Shown: in pieces, positions 10,456 through 22,208 of the stretch
Position numbering within the stretch: position 1 is the stretch's first letter
How the letters are laid out: each line of letters opens with the position of its first letter
Assembly: GCA_032718475.1 (NCBI GenBank)
Contig: JAUCBJ010002721.1
Coordinates: 9,935-73,934, forward strand
DNA length: 64,000 bases
Direction: 5' to 3'
Source: Nemertoderma westbladi
Taxonomy: Eukaryota; Animalia; Xenacoelomorpha
Program-made: the position numbers and the translations under genes
Notes under the pieces: model-generated
Told to the model about the DNA's origin: nothing
The model's database searches: none
The model's input: only the letters and a program-made list of their open reading frames with translations

Positions 10456-10961
10456 TGTGTGAAAGATGTAAAGAGTTCTAGGTTGTTGATCGGTCGATAT
10501 ATATATAAGCTCGGGATATATGATATAATAGAGATAAAGCACAAAGTTGTAATGTACCGGTATGTGATATGTACTGATGACAGTAGGCGGAGACGGTAAC
10601 TAGAGTTCCGCTACTGTCCTAACTAGCTGACTTACTACAAGTGAATGAATATTGCATGGACCGGTAATATATATTGCACAGTTGGCCATATTGCTCTACC
10701 CAGTCGATGCTTCCCCCCTATTGGCTAATACCCTCGTTGTCGCCCTTTCACCTTCCCTGGTGTGTTTCCCATTGCCCCTGTTGTTCTCTCTCTCTCTCAG
10801 GGGTGTAACCTCTGACCCCTTTGTGCGTACGTCCTCTGGGGTTCCCTTGTCCCCACTTTATTGGGGTGGTACGAGGTTGATATTGGGTATCAACCTCGTG
10901 TTCCCAATATTGGTTAAAGCTCACTTTATGGGGCTGGTTAGCGGAATTGAATACGCTAACA
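10456..10961 (-). repeat. Putative 5' LTR of the left Bel/Pao element
   Basis: Minus strand begins TGTTAGCG at 10961, where an RTE-like fragment is abruptly cut, and ends ..CACA about 115 bp before the gag ATG. No second copy in the window to confirm it. Confidence 0.55.
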
Positions 10962-11175
10962 ACATTGCTTTCGCCGTGAGGACCAGCCGGTGCATAATCT
11001 TGTACTTTGGAAGCCTCATGGAGCGAATAAGCATGGTGGACAGCCCATGACTTTCTTGAGACGCATCTTAAAGGACACTGGCCTTGAAGATGCTGATGAT
11101 CTAGCAAATGTCATGGGTGATAGGGAGTTGTGGCGGTGCAATTTTGTCGATAAGCCGGCACAGCATTCTTAAAAA
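10962..11175 (+). mobile_element. 3' fragment of an RTE-like LINE (interrupted by the Bel/Pao insertion)
   Basis: HCFRREDQPVHNLVLWKPHGANKHGGQPMTFLRRILKDTGL...MGDRELWR resembles RTE-clade ORF2 C-termini; a near-identical copy is at 50870-51060. Confidence 0.7.
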
Positions 11176-11212
11176 TGCAGCTGCAATGCAGCATGCCGAT
11201 CCTAGTAGTAGT

Positions 11213-11690
11213 AGGCAAACATTCCCATCACTGGTAAACATTCCCCAAGGACCACTGGTAAACATTCCCCAAGGACCACTAGCAAACATTCCCCAAGGAC
11301 CACTGGTAAACATTCCCCAAGGACCACTGGCAAACATTCCCCAAGGACCACTAGCAAACATTTCCCAAGGACCACTAGCAAACATTCCCCTAGGACCACT
11401 AGCAAACATTTCCCAAGGACCACTGACAAACATCCCCCAAGCACCACTGGCAAACATTCCCATCACTGGTAAACATTCCCCAAGGACCACTGGTAAACAT
11501 TCCCCAAGGACCACTGGCAAACATTCCCCAAGGACCACTGGCAAACATTTCCCACCACTGGCAAACATTCCCCACCACTGGCAAACATTGCCCAAGGACC
11601 ACTGACAAACATCCCCCAAGCACCACTGGCAAACATTCCCCAAGGACCACTGGCAAACATTCCCCACGCACCACTGGCAAACATTTGCAA
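11213..11690. repeat. 24-bp minisatellite (GGCAAACATTCCCCAAGGACCACT) with 18-bp variants
   Basis: Directly visible, about 20 units. Confidence 0.95.
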
Positions 11691-11794
11691 AGAACAAGAC
11701 CTTACATCACTTTGCATCAATAATTACTGCTTTATCTGAACGCCATTGTCTCTATTGAGGGACTGTAAAACTATCTTAATGACGAGGGTTTTAC

Positions 11795-12014
11795 GGGTCA
11801 GAGTAAAACGCGGATCCGGATCCGGATTCCACATTTCACATTGTCCCTACGGAAGTCGATTTTTTTTACATTTTTATAACTCCCAAAAATAAAACTGTAA
11901 CCTGTTCTATTGACTTTAGTTTATTGTATTGGTTAAAATAACATGCCACTGTAACCTGCTCCTTTCCCTTAATTGAAAAATTTTGGAATCCGGATCCGCG
12001 TTTTACACCTACCC
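11795..12014. mobile_element. 220-bp MITE, Mutator-like
   Basis: TIRs GGGTCAGAGTAAAACGCGGATCCGGA.. / ..TCCGGATCCGCGTTTTACACCTACCC, flanked by a 9-bp TSD GGGTTTTAC (11786-11794 and 12015-12023). Confidence 0.8.
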
Positions 12015-12388
12015 GGGTTTTACGGCCTTTAGTATATTTAAGCACATTGTATGTAGCAATGGCAATATTTGTGAAAAGTGTACGAAAAAGAAAATGTATG
12101 TGACCTCCATTCATGGTTGGCCCAAAGTGTGTAAAAATTGTGTCATTATTATCTCTAATGTCTATTGTCAAACTCTATGTAAATAATTTAGTTTTCAAAA
12201 ATAAAATATTAAATAAAAAGTATTCAAGTTTCGATGAGATCTGAATGAGAATTTTCGATGGTATCAATAAATAGATTTCATTTAAAAGATTACATTTTTC
12301 ATTCCATTTATATATCCTTTACCTCTACAACAACTACACCCTATATTTTGTGGTATTTAATGTCGCCTGCCTTTATACCCTGTTGCAG

Positions 12389-12968
12389 ACTGAAGAAGGA
12401 CGTGTTACCGTTGGTGCAGACTTTGTGTCAGGACATTGACTACGAGGTCCGCGGCTGTATGTGTCTGCTGTTGGATCGATTCTGTAAGGCATTATCAGGG
12501 GACCAGCACACAAACAAGGTGATCCTAGACGAACTCACCGAGCTCGCCGGTGACGAGGAGAGTTCAGTTCGACTCGCGAGCATCGAGACCATCGTCAACA
12601 TGTTGGACGTTCTAGACGACGACGTCTGTGTATCAGTCATCGTTCCCTTGGTAACCACCTTCATAAAGTCTAAGTTGGGGCTTGAGGACTGGACTACCTC
12701 CGAGTTCGCCTTCCATTTCGGACCGCTCTGCCACAAACTCTCCCCCCATCTGGACGACTCGGGTAAGGAGGAGTTCCTCGCTACGTTCCGTCGTCTCGCC
12801 TTGGTGGGCAGCGCCCCCGGCAGTGTAGCCCCCGTACCCGGCGCCCCCCGACTCAACTCAGTCCACAGCCCCCCCATAACCGGTCTCAAACTGCCCCCAA
12901 TTGGCTTCGGCTACAATAGTGAGGATCGCAATTCCCAATGTCGCCGCAATTCGGCGTACAACTTTCCT
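12389..12968 (+). CDS. PPP4R4: PP4 regulatory subunit 4 (HEAT repeats), first exon visible in the window
   Basis: LKKDVLPLVQTLCQDIDYEVRGCMC...DEESSVRLASIETIVNML...RRNSAYNFP vs human IKREILPLVKSLCQDVEYEVRSCMC...VRKNCAYNFP; tgcag acceptor, gtaagt donor. Confidence 0.92.
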
Positions 12969-14329
12969 GTAAGTGTTTTTAGACATTATAACTTCCCCAG
13001 GGGGCCAAACTCACAAAAAGTGGCCAAAAACGTTTCCCACACGATTCGACTTAATTTTAGAAAGACATTTTTTTTAGGAACCTAGTAAAGTTATATATAT
13101 ATTTTTGAAGATAATTTTATGGTCCAACAGATGCACAAAAAATCATACTGCCACTCCGACTTTGAAATATTTTACAGACCTTTTAGTACTAAAAAATGCA
13201 GGTTTATTTTCAATTGTCAAAAAAAGTTCATTGCATTGTGGGGGATGTATTTTGACATCTACTGGGTGTATTTCAACAAGTTATAGCTCATTTTAAAGCT
13301 AAATAATAGAGGAATGCAATGGAATAACTCCCAAATTGTTTTATTGATATCATATTTAAATAAAACAATAGATAATATACCCCTATTTTTGACAATTACT
13401 TGTCCCAAACGGTAACAACTGAATTCACCAATAGGTTTTTATTTGGATTCTATAACCTAAATTCTTATTTGAAAAGAAAATCTTCAAGAAGTGGAATGTT
13501 CCAGATTTTACGAAAAAATACTAAACACAACCGGAGATATGGCTGGTTTTATACGTGCGAGTCGATTATGTCAATTAGGATTGTCCCATGTGTAACACCA
13601 AGTGCACTGCTTTACCATGCTCTAGAATCAGTTCTAACAAACTTGATATGAAGATTCAAATATCAGAAGATAGCCAAGTTCTTGGTCTTTTGCGTGAGTA
13701 ATCATTTGTGGCAACAATTGACTATGGAATAGACTTTAGTTGCTTTTACATTTATGATGTAACAAAAGTGCCTGTAAAAATGTCTGTAACAAAAGCCTGT
13801 AACACAAAAAATCCTTACAAGGCGGGACGTCCCACACGTAACATGTAAATCGAATAATTTTGGGCTACAGAATGGGACATGTCTCACCAGTAACACTTTA
13901 GTAGTGCAGACTTCATAATATTGATAAGACTGTAGGTCATGCACACAGAACAGCAGTATTAACTGTGAATTGGTACTTACCTACCTACAGTAGTACCGGT
14001 AACAGTATCAGTGCTGCCTCTTTATTGCGTTTGATTCGAAGTTATTGGATCTACAGATCTGCGCAGTGCATAGAGTTTACTATTGACTACTAAACAAACT
14101 AATCCTAACCAGAACCAGTTATAAGCACACTGATACAGACACTATGTGACTACGGTATAGAATAGAGACCACATTTCATTACTTATTAGACATCAGCTTG
14201 CCGTTCCGGTATCAAGATACTGATAGTAAATATAAATAGGACTAATAATACTGATCTGTCTTATATGGAATGCGGTCCATCTTAGATCTATCTTCTGCGA
14301 TTGGGAGAGGGAGATTGGGAGCTCCGTGA

Positions 14330-14770
14330 GTGGAGCAGTTAGATGTGGGAGTGAAAAATATAGAGGTGCAAGGGGTGCAGTTGGAGGTGTGAGGGGAAAA
14401 GGTAGAGGTGCAAGGGGAGCAGTTGGAGGTGCGAGGGGAAAAAGTAGAGGTGCAAGAGGAGCAGTTGGAGGTGTGAGGGGAAAAGGTAGAGGTGCAAGTG
14501 GAGCAGTTGGAGGTGCGAGGGGAAAATGTAGATGTGCAAGAGGAGCAGTTTGAGGTGTGAGGGGAAAAGGTAGAGGTGCAAGAGGAGCTTTGGAGGTGTG
14601 AGGGGAAAAGGTAGAGGTGCAAGGGGAGCAATTGGAGGTGCGAGGGGAAAAGGTAGATGTGGAAGGGGAGCAGTTGGAGGAGCGAGGGGAAAAGGTAGAT
14701 GTGGAAGGGGAGCAGTTGGAGGAGCGAGAGGAGTAGTTAGTGCGAGAGCAGTGGGTAGAGGTGCGAGAGG
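14330..14770. repeat. 33-bp purine-rich minisatellite
   Basis: GGAGCAGTTGGAGGTG(T/C)GAGGGGAAAAGGTAGAGGTGCAA-type units. Confidence 0.85.
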
Positions 14771-14775
14771 AGAAT

Positions 14776-15650
14776 GGGAGGATCTGTGGAGGGTGTGGGA
14801 GACAGGATGAAAAGTACAGGAGGATCTGTGGAGGGTGTGGGAGACAGAGTGAGAAGTACAGGAGGATCTGTGGAGGGTGTGGGAGACAGGGTGAAAAGTA
14901 CAGGAGGCTCTGTGGAGGGTGTGGGAGACAGGGTGAGAAGTACAGGATGATCTGTGGAGGGTGTGGGGGGGGGGGGGCAGGGTGATAGTACAGGATGATC
15001 TGTGGAGGGTGTGGGAGACAGGGTGAGAAGTACAGGAGGATCTGTGGAGGGTGTGGGAGTCGGAGTGGGAAGTACAGGAGGATCTGTGGAGGGTGTGGGA
15101 GACGGAGTGGGAAGTTCAGGAGGCTCTGTGGAGGGTGTGGGAGACAGGGTGAGAAGTACAGGAGGATCTGTGGAGGGTGTGGGAGACAGGGTGAGAAGTA
15201 CAGGAGGATCTGTGGAGGGTGTGGGAGACAGGGTGAGAAGTACAGGAGGATCTGTGGAGGGTGTGGGAGACAGGGTGAGAAGTACAGGAAGATCTGTGGA
15301 GGGTGTGGGGGGGGGGAGACAGGGTGATAAGTACAGGATGATCTGTGGAGGGTGTGGGAGACAGGGTGAGAAGTACAGGAGGATCTGTGGAGGGTGTGGG
15401 AGACAGGGTGAGAAGTACAGGTGGATCTGAGGGGGTGGGGAAGATGGAGTGGAAGGTACAGGTGGATCTGTGGAGGGTGGGGATGAAAGTGATAATGAAC
15501 AATTTACAGGTTTTGAAGGAGTGGGGGGTATGGGAAGATCCGTGGCGGCTATACAAGATAACGTTTGGAATACAGGAGAATCTATGGAGGGTGTAGAAGA
15601 TGGAGTGGGGGAGTACAGGGGGTTCTGTGGAGGGTGGAGATGAAACTGAT
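14776..15650. repeat. 39-bp G-rich minisatellite
   Basis: GGAGGATCTGTGGAGGGTGTGGGAGACAGGGTGAGAAGTACA-type units, decaying at the right end. Confidence 0.9.
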
Positions 15651-16384
15651 GAACAATTTATAGGTTTTGACTAACTGCTCAGCCATAGTGATATACAGTT
15701 ATAAACTCGGTAATAAACTCGTCATACTTTGTGAATTTTCATATAAATCGTCACTAAAGTACCTAAAGTGGTTAAAATGTTTTAATAAACTCTTTATGTT
15801 TATTTGATAAACTATAATATTTTATAATTTTTCCAGAAATGGGGACCATAAAGATTTCTTATGATTGATTATATATTCAAAAAAAGCTTTATTGGGAGGT
15901 GTTACTGGGAACAGTAATGGGTGCATAGCTCCCCTCAGAGACGAAATCTAGGTTAATTTCACATTTCAGTGTAATTACAACTGGTGTTACATGGTGGGAC
16001 AAATTGATACAGGCATCGGAAATCACCATTCAAGGGCTCTGATTGGCTGATATCGGGTGTTACATTGTGGGACAAGTGTTACAGGAATGGACATCAGTTT
16101 TTCTCAATTATTTGTTACAAGGAGGTCGGGGCTATTGGGAAATTACCACCATTGAATTCAGCGCATCAAGAGCTTTCTGGTGATATATAATATTACATAC
16201 TTTGGGATTTTTTTTTACAAAAAAAATAGATTTTTGGACACTTTTTATGATTTTGAGCCCAGGATGTGTAATTGGTAATCCCTAATACAACGCATAGTTT
16301 TTTTTACTACATATATGGCAATTTTCAGGACATCATTACCTCTGTGGCCTTGGCCTGTTATTTAATATAAGAGTTAATTTACTT

Positions 16385-16630
16385 ATTTGGTGTTTCGTTT
16401 ATTTCGTGGTTTGTTTATTTACTGTTTTGCTTATTTACTCTTTTGTTTATTTACTGTTTTGATTATTTAGTGTTTTGTTTATTTCTTGTTTTGTTTATTA
16501 CGTGTTTTGTTTATTTACTGTTTTGCTTATTTACTCTTTTGTTTATTTCGTGTTTTGTTTATTTAGCGTTTTGTTTATTTAGTGTCTTGTTTATTTCTTG
16601 TTTTGTTTATTTAGTGTTTTGTTTATTTAG
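16385..16630. repeat. 16-18-bp T-rich repeat ending at a splice acceptor
   Basis: TGTTTTGTTTATTT(AG/AC/CG) units; the last unit supplies the AG at 16629-16630. Confidence 0.85.
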
Positions 16631-16828
16631 TGTATGGTTCAGTTCGCTGGGTCGAAACATTTCAAATCGGAATTAGCGGCGACATTCTCTGCTCTTTGTA
16701 ACGACGCCAACCCAATGGTGCGAGCCACTATCGCAATGTGTTTCCATAAAGTCGCCAGTCAGATAGGAAATAATGCAATATCGCTGCTCCCCAACCTTCT
16801 TAGTTTGCTAAAATCTGACTCTTTAGAG
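16631..16828 (+). CDS. PPP4R4: PPP4R4 exon
   Basis: CMVQFAGSKHFKSELAATFSALCNDANPMVRATIAMCFHKV...LLKSDSLE vs human AMIVFVDPKNFHMELYSTFFCLCHDPEVPVRYTIAICFYEV...DESLE; phase 0/0. Confidence 0.88.
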
Positions 16829-16956
16829 GTTAATACAATTAAATATCATTATTTACATCTGAGTTTACATCATTCGAGAGAGTTTATTTAATTCCTAGGA
16901 TTTCCATTAACTTTATTTCCTTCCCAGATTATCAATGTACTTTTTTTCACTCCAAG

Positions 16957-17338
16957 GTTATCGAAGGAATAATCCCCAACCTCTCTGATACTCTCGACTC
17001 GATGGCCAACAGCTCCACCAATCTGCTCTCCTCTTCCGCTAGGATTAGCCAATCCGCATCCAATGACGTCATCACCGCGATCCTATCGTGCGAACGCACA
17101 ATCCGGGAGTCTCTCAACTGGCGACTCCATCAGAGTCTCCTGGCGACCATCGCCGGAACCGTGACCTCTCTTGTCTATGACGTCATGTACCATAAACTAG
17201 TTCCGGTAGTTCTGGACGTTCTAAAGGCGAGGTTGGTTGTTCCAGTACTGGAAGAAACGTGTCGGACCTACTGCGTTCTACTGCGGAACAATTACTGTTC
17301 CGATTGGAGGACCGACATGATTAATGTAGCCACTAAAG
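16957..17338 (+). CDS. PPP4R4: PPP4R4 exon
   Basis: ccaag acceptor; VIEGIIPNLSDTL...SLNWRLHQSLL...; gtgagt donor; phase 0/1. Confidence 0.88.
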
Positions 17339-17346
17339 GTGAGTTT

Positions 17347-17970
17347 CATAATAAACCGACTGCCATCACCGGCCCTCCATAATAAACCGACTGCCATCAC
17401 CGGCCCTTCATAATAAACCGACTGCCATCACCGGCCCTCCATAATAAACCGTCTGCCATCACCGGCCCTCCATAATAAACCGTCTGCCATCACCGGCCCT
17501 CCATAATAAACCGACTGCCATCACCGGCCCTCCTTAATAAACCGACTGCCATCACCGGCCCTCCATAATAAACCGACTGCCATCACCGGCCGTCCATAAT
17601 AAACCGACTGCCATCACCGGCCCTCCATAATAAACCGACTGCCATCACCGGCCCTCCATAATAAACCGACTGCCATCACCGGCCCTCCATAATGAACCGA
17701 CTGCCATCACCGGCCCTCCATAATAAACCGACTGCCATCACCGGCCCTCCATAATAAACCGACTGCCATCACCGGCCCTCCATAATAAACCGACTGCCAT
17801 CACCGGCCCTCCATAATAAACCGACTGCCATCACCGGCCCTCCATAATAAACCGACTGCCATCACCGGCCCTCCATAATAAACCCACTACCATCACCGGC
17901 CCCCCCTTAATAAACCGATTACCTATCACCGGCCCTCCAACCTTAAACCTATTACCATCACCGGCCTTCT
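17347..17970. repeat. 31-bp minisatellite starting just after a splice donor
   Basis: CATAATAAACCGACTGCCATCACCGGCCCTC, about 20 copies. Confidence 0.95.
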
Positions 17971-18665
17971 AACATACATAAGTCAATGTACAGAAGGTCT
18001 TTCAAGCCTTGGCCATTTGTGTTAGTCTGTGGGTGGTTATTATGGGGTTCATTTCATTTGTGTCATTACGTTATATGGATGGAGTCTTGGAATGTTCATA
18101 TTTTCATCACTGTGTGAAAAGTAGCACTTTTCAGCGTTTTGATCCATAGTATTAATGTATACCCAGAAAGCACAGCGAGGGTGGATTAAATAAGTACATA
18201 AGGATCATAAAAACTGAATAGTTCACCTTTCACAAAACGGTGTACCTAATTTTGTTACATTATCACAATAACTTATCGGCGTTCTGAATTCTTCATTATT
18301 AGCTTTAATATTTAAATTATATAAAATAGGTTTAGGAATGTTAATGAAATTCATATCCTTTTTATGAATTGTATTGCAGTTGATGTAACAACTGTACGGT
18401 AATTAATCATACTTCTCATTAAATGGCTTTCATCAATGGAGATTACTCAAGATGTGTTCTAGAAGTTTATTGTTACTAGGTTACTCTGCAGCGCTCCATT
18501 CTATAGGCCGCAACGTTGCAAAGAAGTATACTTAGCTGCGTTTCGAAGATATCACCTGAACGCTGATAAGTTTGCTATAATGTAACAAAATAGTTACAAT
18601 TAGTTTTTGTTAAGAATGTTTTTTTGTAATGTTCACTACAATATACATATATTTTCTCATTCCAG

Positions 18666-18886
18666 AACTCGGGCGAGGAAAGGGTTGCCACCAACGTTTA
18701 TTGTTTGTACATTTATGTAAATGCGTTATGGATTTCTTTTCAAAGTCTTTTTTTAAACTCCACTTCTACGAACCACTTCTAGAACTTTACAACGACCCGG
18801 TGTTGAATGTTCGTCTGCGGTTCAGCTATTTACTACCGAAAATGAAACGACTTCTTAAACTTCCATCAGATCGAGTTTTATTGCAA
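18666..18886 (+). CDS. PPP4R4: PPP4R4 exon
   Basis: ELGRGKGCHQRLLFV...FSKSFFKLHFYEPLLEL.NDPV.NVRL...LKLPSDR.LLQ; phase 1/0. Confidence 0.9.
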
Positions 18887-19254
18887 GTGAGTTGCAACTC
18901 TAGTTAATATGTTACAATATAGACGTGTATAATTTATCGAAATATGTGTCACTGCATATATAAATCAACCAATTCCGGTCAGAAATTTGCACAAATGTTT
19001 GGTATATTATGTTTTGTCGGTCTGTCCGTCTTTCAGTCACATATCTGTCAACTTATTCATTGATTCTTAACTCTTGGGGGACTGCAGATTTAAATTATTG
19101 GGGTTTTCATTGTCGCTGATTTCATTTCCGATGTTAATTTTCATGTTTGAAGGAATCTAGTCCCTTCGTTTGTCTTTTGGACTTGCTTTCTGTCCGTCTG
19201 TCAAAAATATAATAATAGAGTAAAGTAAAATTAACTTTACTTAACTTTACTCTG

Positions 19255-22208
19255 GCTGAAACCTGGCCGTCTACTAACAGCTGAAACCTGGCCGTCTACT
19301 AACAGCTGAAACCTGGTCGTCTACTAACAGCTGAAACCTGGCCGTCTACTAACAGCTGAAACCTGGCCGTCTACTAACAGCTGAAACCTGGCCGTCTACT
19401 AACAGCTGAAACCTGGCCGTCTACTAAGAGCTGAAACCTGGCCGTCTACTAACAGCTGAAACCTGGCCGTCTACTAACAGCTGAAACCTGGCCGTCTACT
19501 AACAGCTGAAACCTGGCCGTCTACTAACAGCTGAAACCTGGCCGTCTACTAACAGCTGAAACCTGGCCGTCTACTAACAGCTGAAACCTGGCCGTCTACT
19601 AACAGCTGAAACCTGGCCGTCTACTAACAGCTGAAACCTGGCCGTCTACTAACAGCTGAAACCTGGCCGTCTACTAACAGCTGAAACCTGGCCGTCTACT
19701 AACAGCTGAAACCTGGCCGTCTACTAACAGCTGAAACCTGGCCGTCTACTAACAGCTGAAACCTGGCCGTCTACTAACAGCTGAAACCTGGCCGTCTACT
19801 AACAGCTGAAACCTGGCCGTCTACTAACAGCTGAAACCTGGCCGTCTACTAACAGCTGAAACCTGGCCGTCTACTAACAGCTGAAACCTGGCCGTCTACT
19901 AACAGCTGAAACCTGGCCGTCTACTAACAGCTGAAACCTGGCCGTCTACTAACAGCTGAAACCTGGCCGTCTACTAACAGCTGAAACCTGGCCGTCTACT
20001 AACAGCTGAAACCTGGCCGTCTACTAACAGCTGGAACCTGGCCGTCTACTAACAGCTGGAACCTGGCCGTCTACTAACAGCTGAAACCTGGCCGTCTACT
20101 AACAGCTGAAACCTGGCCGTCTACTAACAGCTGAAACCTGGCCGTCTACTAACAGCTGAAACCTGGCCGTCTACTAACAGCTGAAACCTGGCCGTCTACT
20201 AACAGCTGAAACCTGGCCGTCTACTAACAGCTGAAACCTGGCCGTCTACTAACAGCTGAAACCTGGCCGTCTACTAACAGCTGAAACCTGACCGTCTACT
20301 AACAGCTGAAACCTGGCCGTCTACTAACAGCTGAAACCTGACCGTCTACTAACAGCTGAAACCTGACCGTCTACTAGCAGCTGAAACCTGGCCGTCTACT
20401 AACAGCTGAAACCTGGCCGTCTACTAACAGCTGAAACCTGGCCGTCTACTAACAGCTGAAACCTGGCCGTCTACTAACAGCTGAAACCTGGCCGTCTACT
20501 AACAGCTGAAACCTGGCCGTCTACTAACAGCTGAAACCTGGCCGTCTACTAACAGCTGAAACCTGGCCGTCTACTAACAGCTGAAACCTGGCCGTCTACT
20601 AACAGCTGAAACCTGGCCGTCTACTAACAGCTGAAACCTGGCCGTCTACTAACAGCTGAAACCTGGCCGTCTACTAACAGCTGAAACCTGGCCGTCTACT
20701 AACAGCTGAAACCTGGCCGTCTACTAACAGCTGAAACCTGGCCGTCTACTAACAGCTGAAACCTGGCCGTCTACTAACAGCTGAAACCTGGCCGTCTACT
20801 AACAGCTGAAACCTGGCAGTCTACTAACAGCTGAAACCTGGCAGTCTACTAACAGCTGAAACCTGGCCGTCTACTAACAGCTGAAACCTGGCCGTCTACT
20901 AACAGCTGAAACCTGGCCGTCTACTAACAGCTGAAACCTGGCCGTCTACTAACAGCTGAAACCTGGCCGTCTACTAACAGCTGAAACCTGGCCGTCTACT
21001 AACAGCCTGGCCGTCTACTAACAGCTGAAACCTGGCCGTCTACTAACAGCTGAAACCTGGTCGTCTACTAACAGCTGAAACCTGGCCGTCTACTAACAGC
21101 TGAAACCTGGCCGTCTACTAACAGCTGAAACCTGGCCGTCTACTAACAGCTGAAACCTGGCCGTCTACTAACAGCTGAAACCTGGCCGTCTACTAACAGC
21201 TGAAACCTGGCCGTCTACTAACAGCTGAAACCTGTCCGTCTACTAACAGCTGAAACCTGGCCGTCTACTAACAGCTGAAACCTGGCCGTCTACTAACAGC
21301 TGAAACCTGGCCGTCTACTAACGGCTGAAACCTGGCCGTCTACTAACAGCTGAAACCTGGCCGTCTACTAACAGCTGAAACCTGGCCGTCTACTAACAGC
21401 TGAAACCTGGTCGTCTACTAACAGCTGAAACCTGGCCGTCTACTAACAGCTGAAACCTGGCCGTCTACTAACAGCTGAAACCTGGCCGTCTACTAACAGC
21501 TGAAACCTGGCCGTCTACTAACAGCTGAAACCTGGCCGTCTACTAACAGCTGAAACCTGGCCGTCTACTAACAGCTGAAACCTGGCCGTCTACTAACAGC
21601 TGAAACCTGGCCGTCTACTAACAGCTGAAACCTGGCCGTCTACTAACAGCTGAAACCTGGCCGTCTACTAACAGCTGAAACCTGGCCGTCTACTAACAGC
21701 TGAAACCTGGCCGTCTACTAACAGCTGAAACCTGGCCGTCTACTAACAGCTGAAACCTGGCCGTCTACTAACAGCTGAAACCTGGCCGTCTACTAACAGC
21801 TGAAACCTTGCCGTCTACTAACAGCTGAAACCTGGCCGTCTACTAACAGCTGAAACCTGGCCGTCTACTAACAGCTGAAACTTGGCCGTCTACTAACAGC
21901 TGAAACCTGGCCGTCTACTAACAGCTGAAACCTGGCCGTCTACTAACAGCTGAAACCTGGCCGTCTACTAACAGCTGAAACCTGGCCGTCTACTAACAGC
22001 TGAAACCTGGCCGTCTACTAACAGCTGAAACCTGGCCGTCTACTAACAGCTGAAACCTGACCGTCTACTAACAGCTGAAACCTGGCCGTCTACTAACAGC
22101 TGAAACCTGGCCGTCTACTAACAGCTGAAACCTGGCCGTCTACTAACAGCTGAAACCTGGCCGTCTACTAACAGCTGAAACCTGGCCGTCTACTAACAGC
22201 TGAAACCT
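19255..22208. repeat. ~2.95-kb array of a 25-bp unit (about 118 copies)
   Basis: CTGAAACCTGGCCGTCTACTAACAG, highly homogeneous, no spacers. Confidence 0.98.

Larger units (their letters stand above)
1..10961 (-). mobile_element. Bel/Pao LTR retrotransposon (5' LTR, long gag-pol, tandem-repeat spacer, extra 3' ORF); 3' end lies beyond the window start
   Basis: Domain order gag-PR-RT-RNaseH-IN with Bel/Pao motifs. A 5' LTR-like block lies at about 10456-10961. No second LTR copy is visible between integrase and position 1. Confidence 0.92.
12997..16265. mobile_element. Possible old TIR element spanning most of the intron
   Basis: GGGGCCAAACTCACAAAAAGTGGCCAAAAA at ~13001 vs an inverted GGGGCTCAAAATCATAAAAAGTGTCCAAAAA ending at ~16261; degenerate, no clear TSD. 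Confidence 0.35.

Noticed and set aside
19255-22208. CRISPR-like regular array
   Set aside because: Units are head-to-tail with no unique spacers, there are no cas genes, and the context is eukaryotic.
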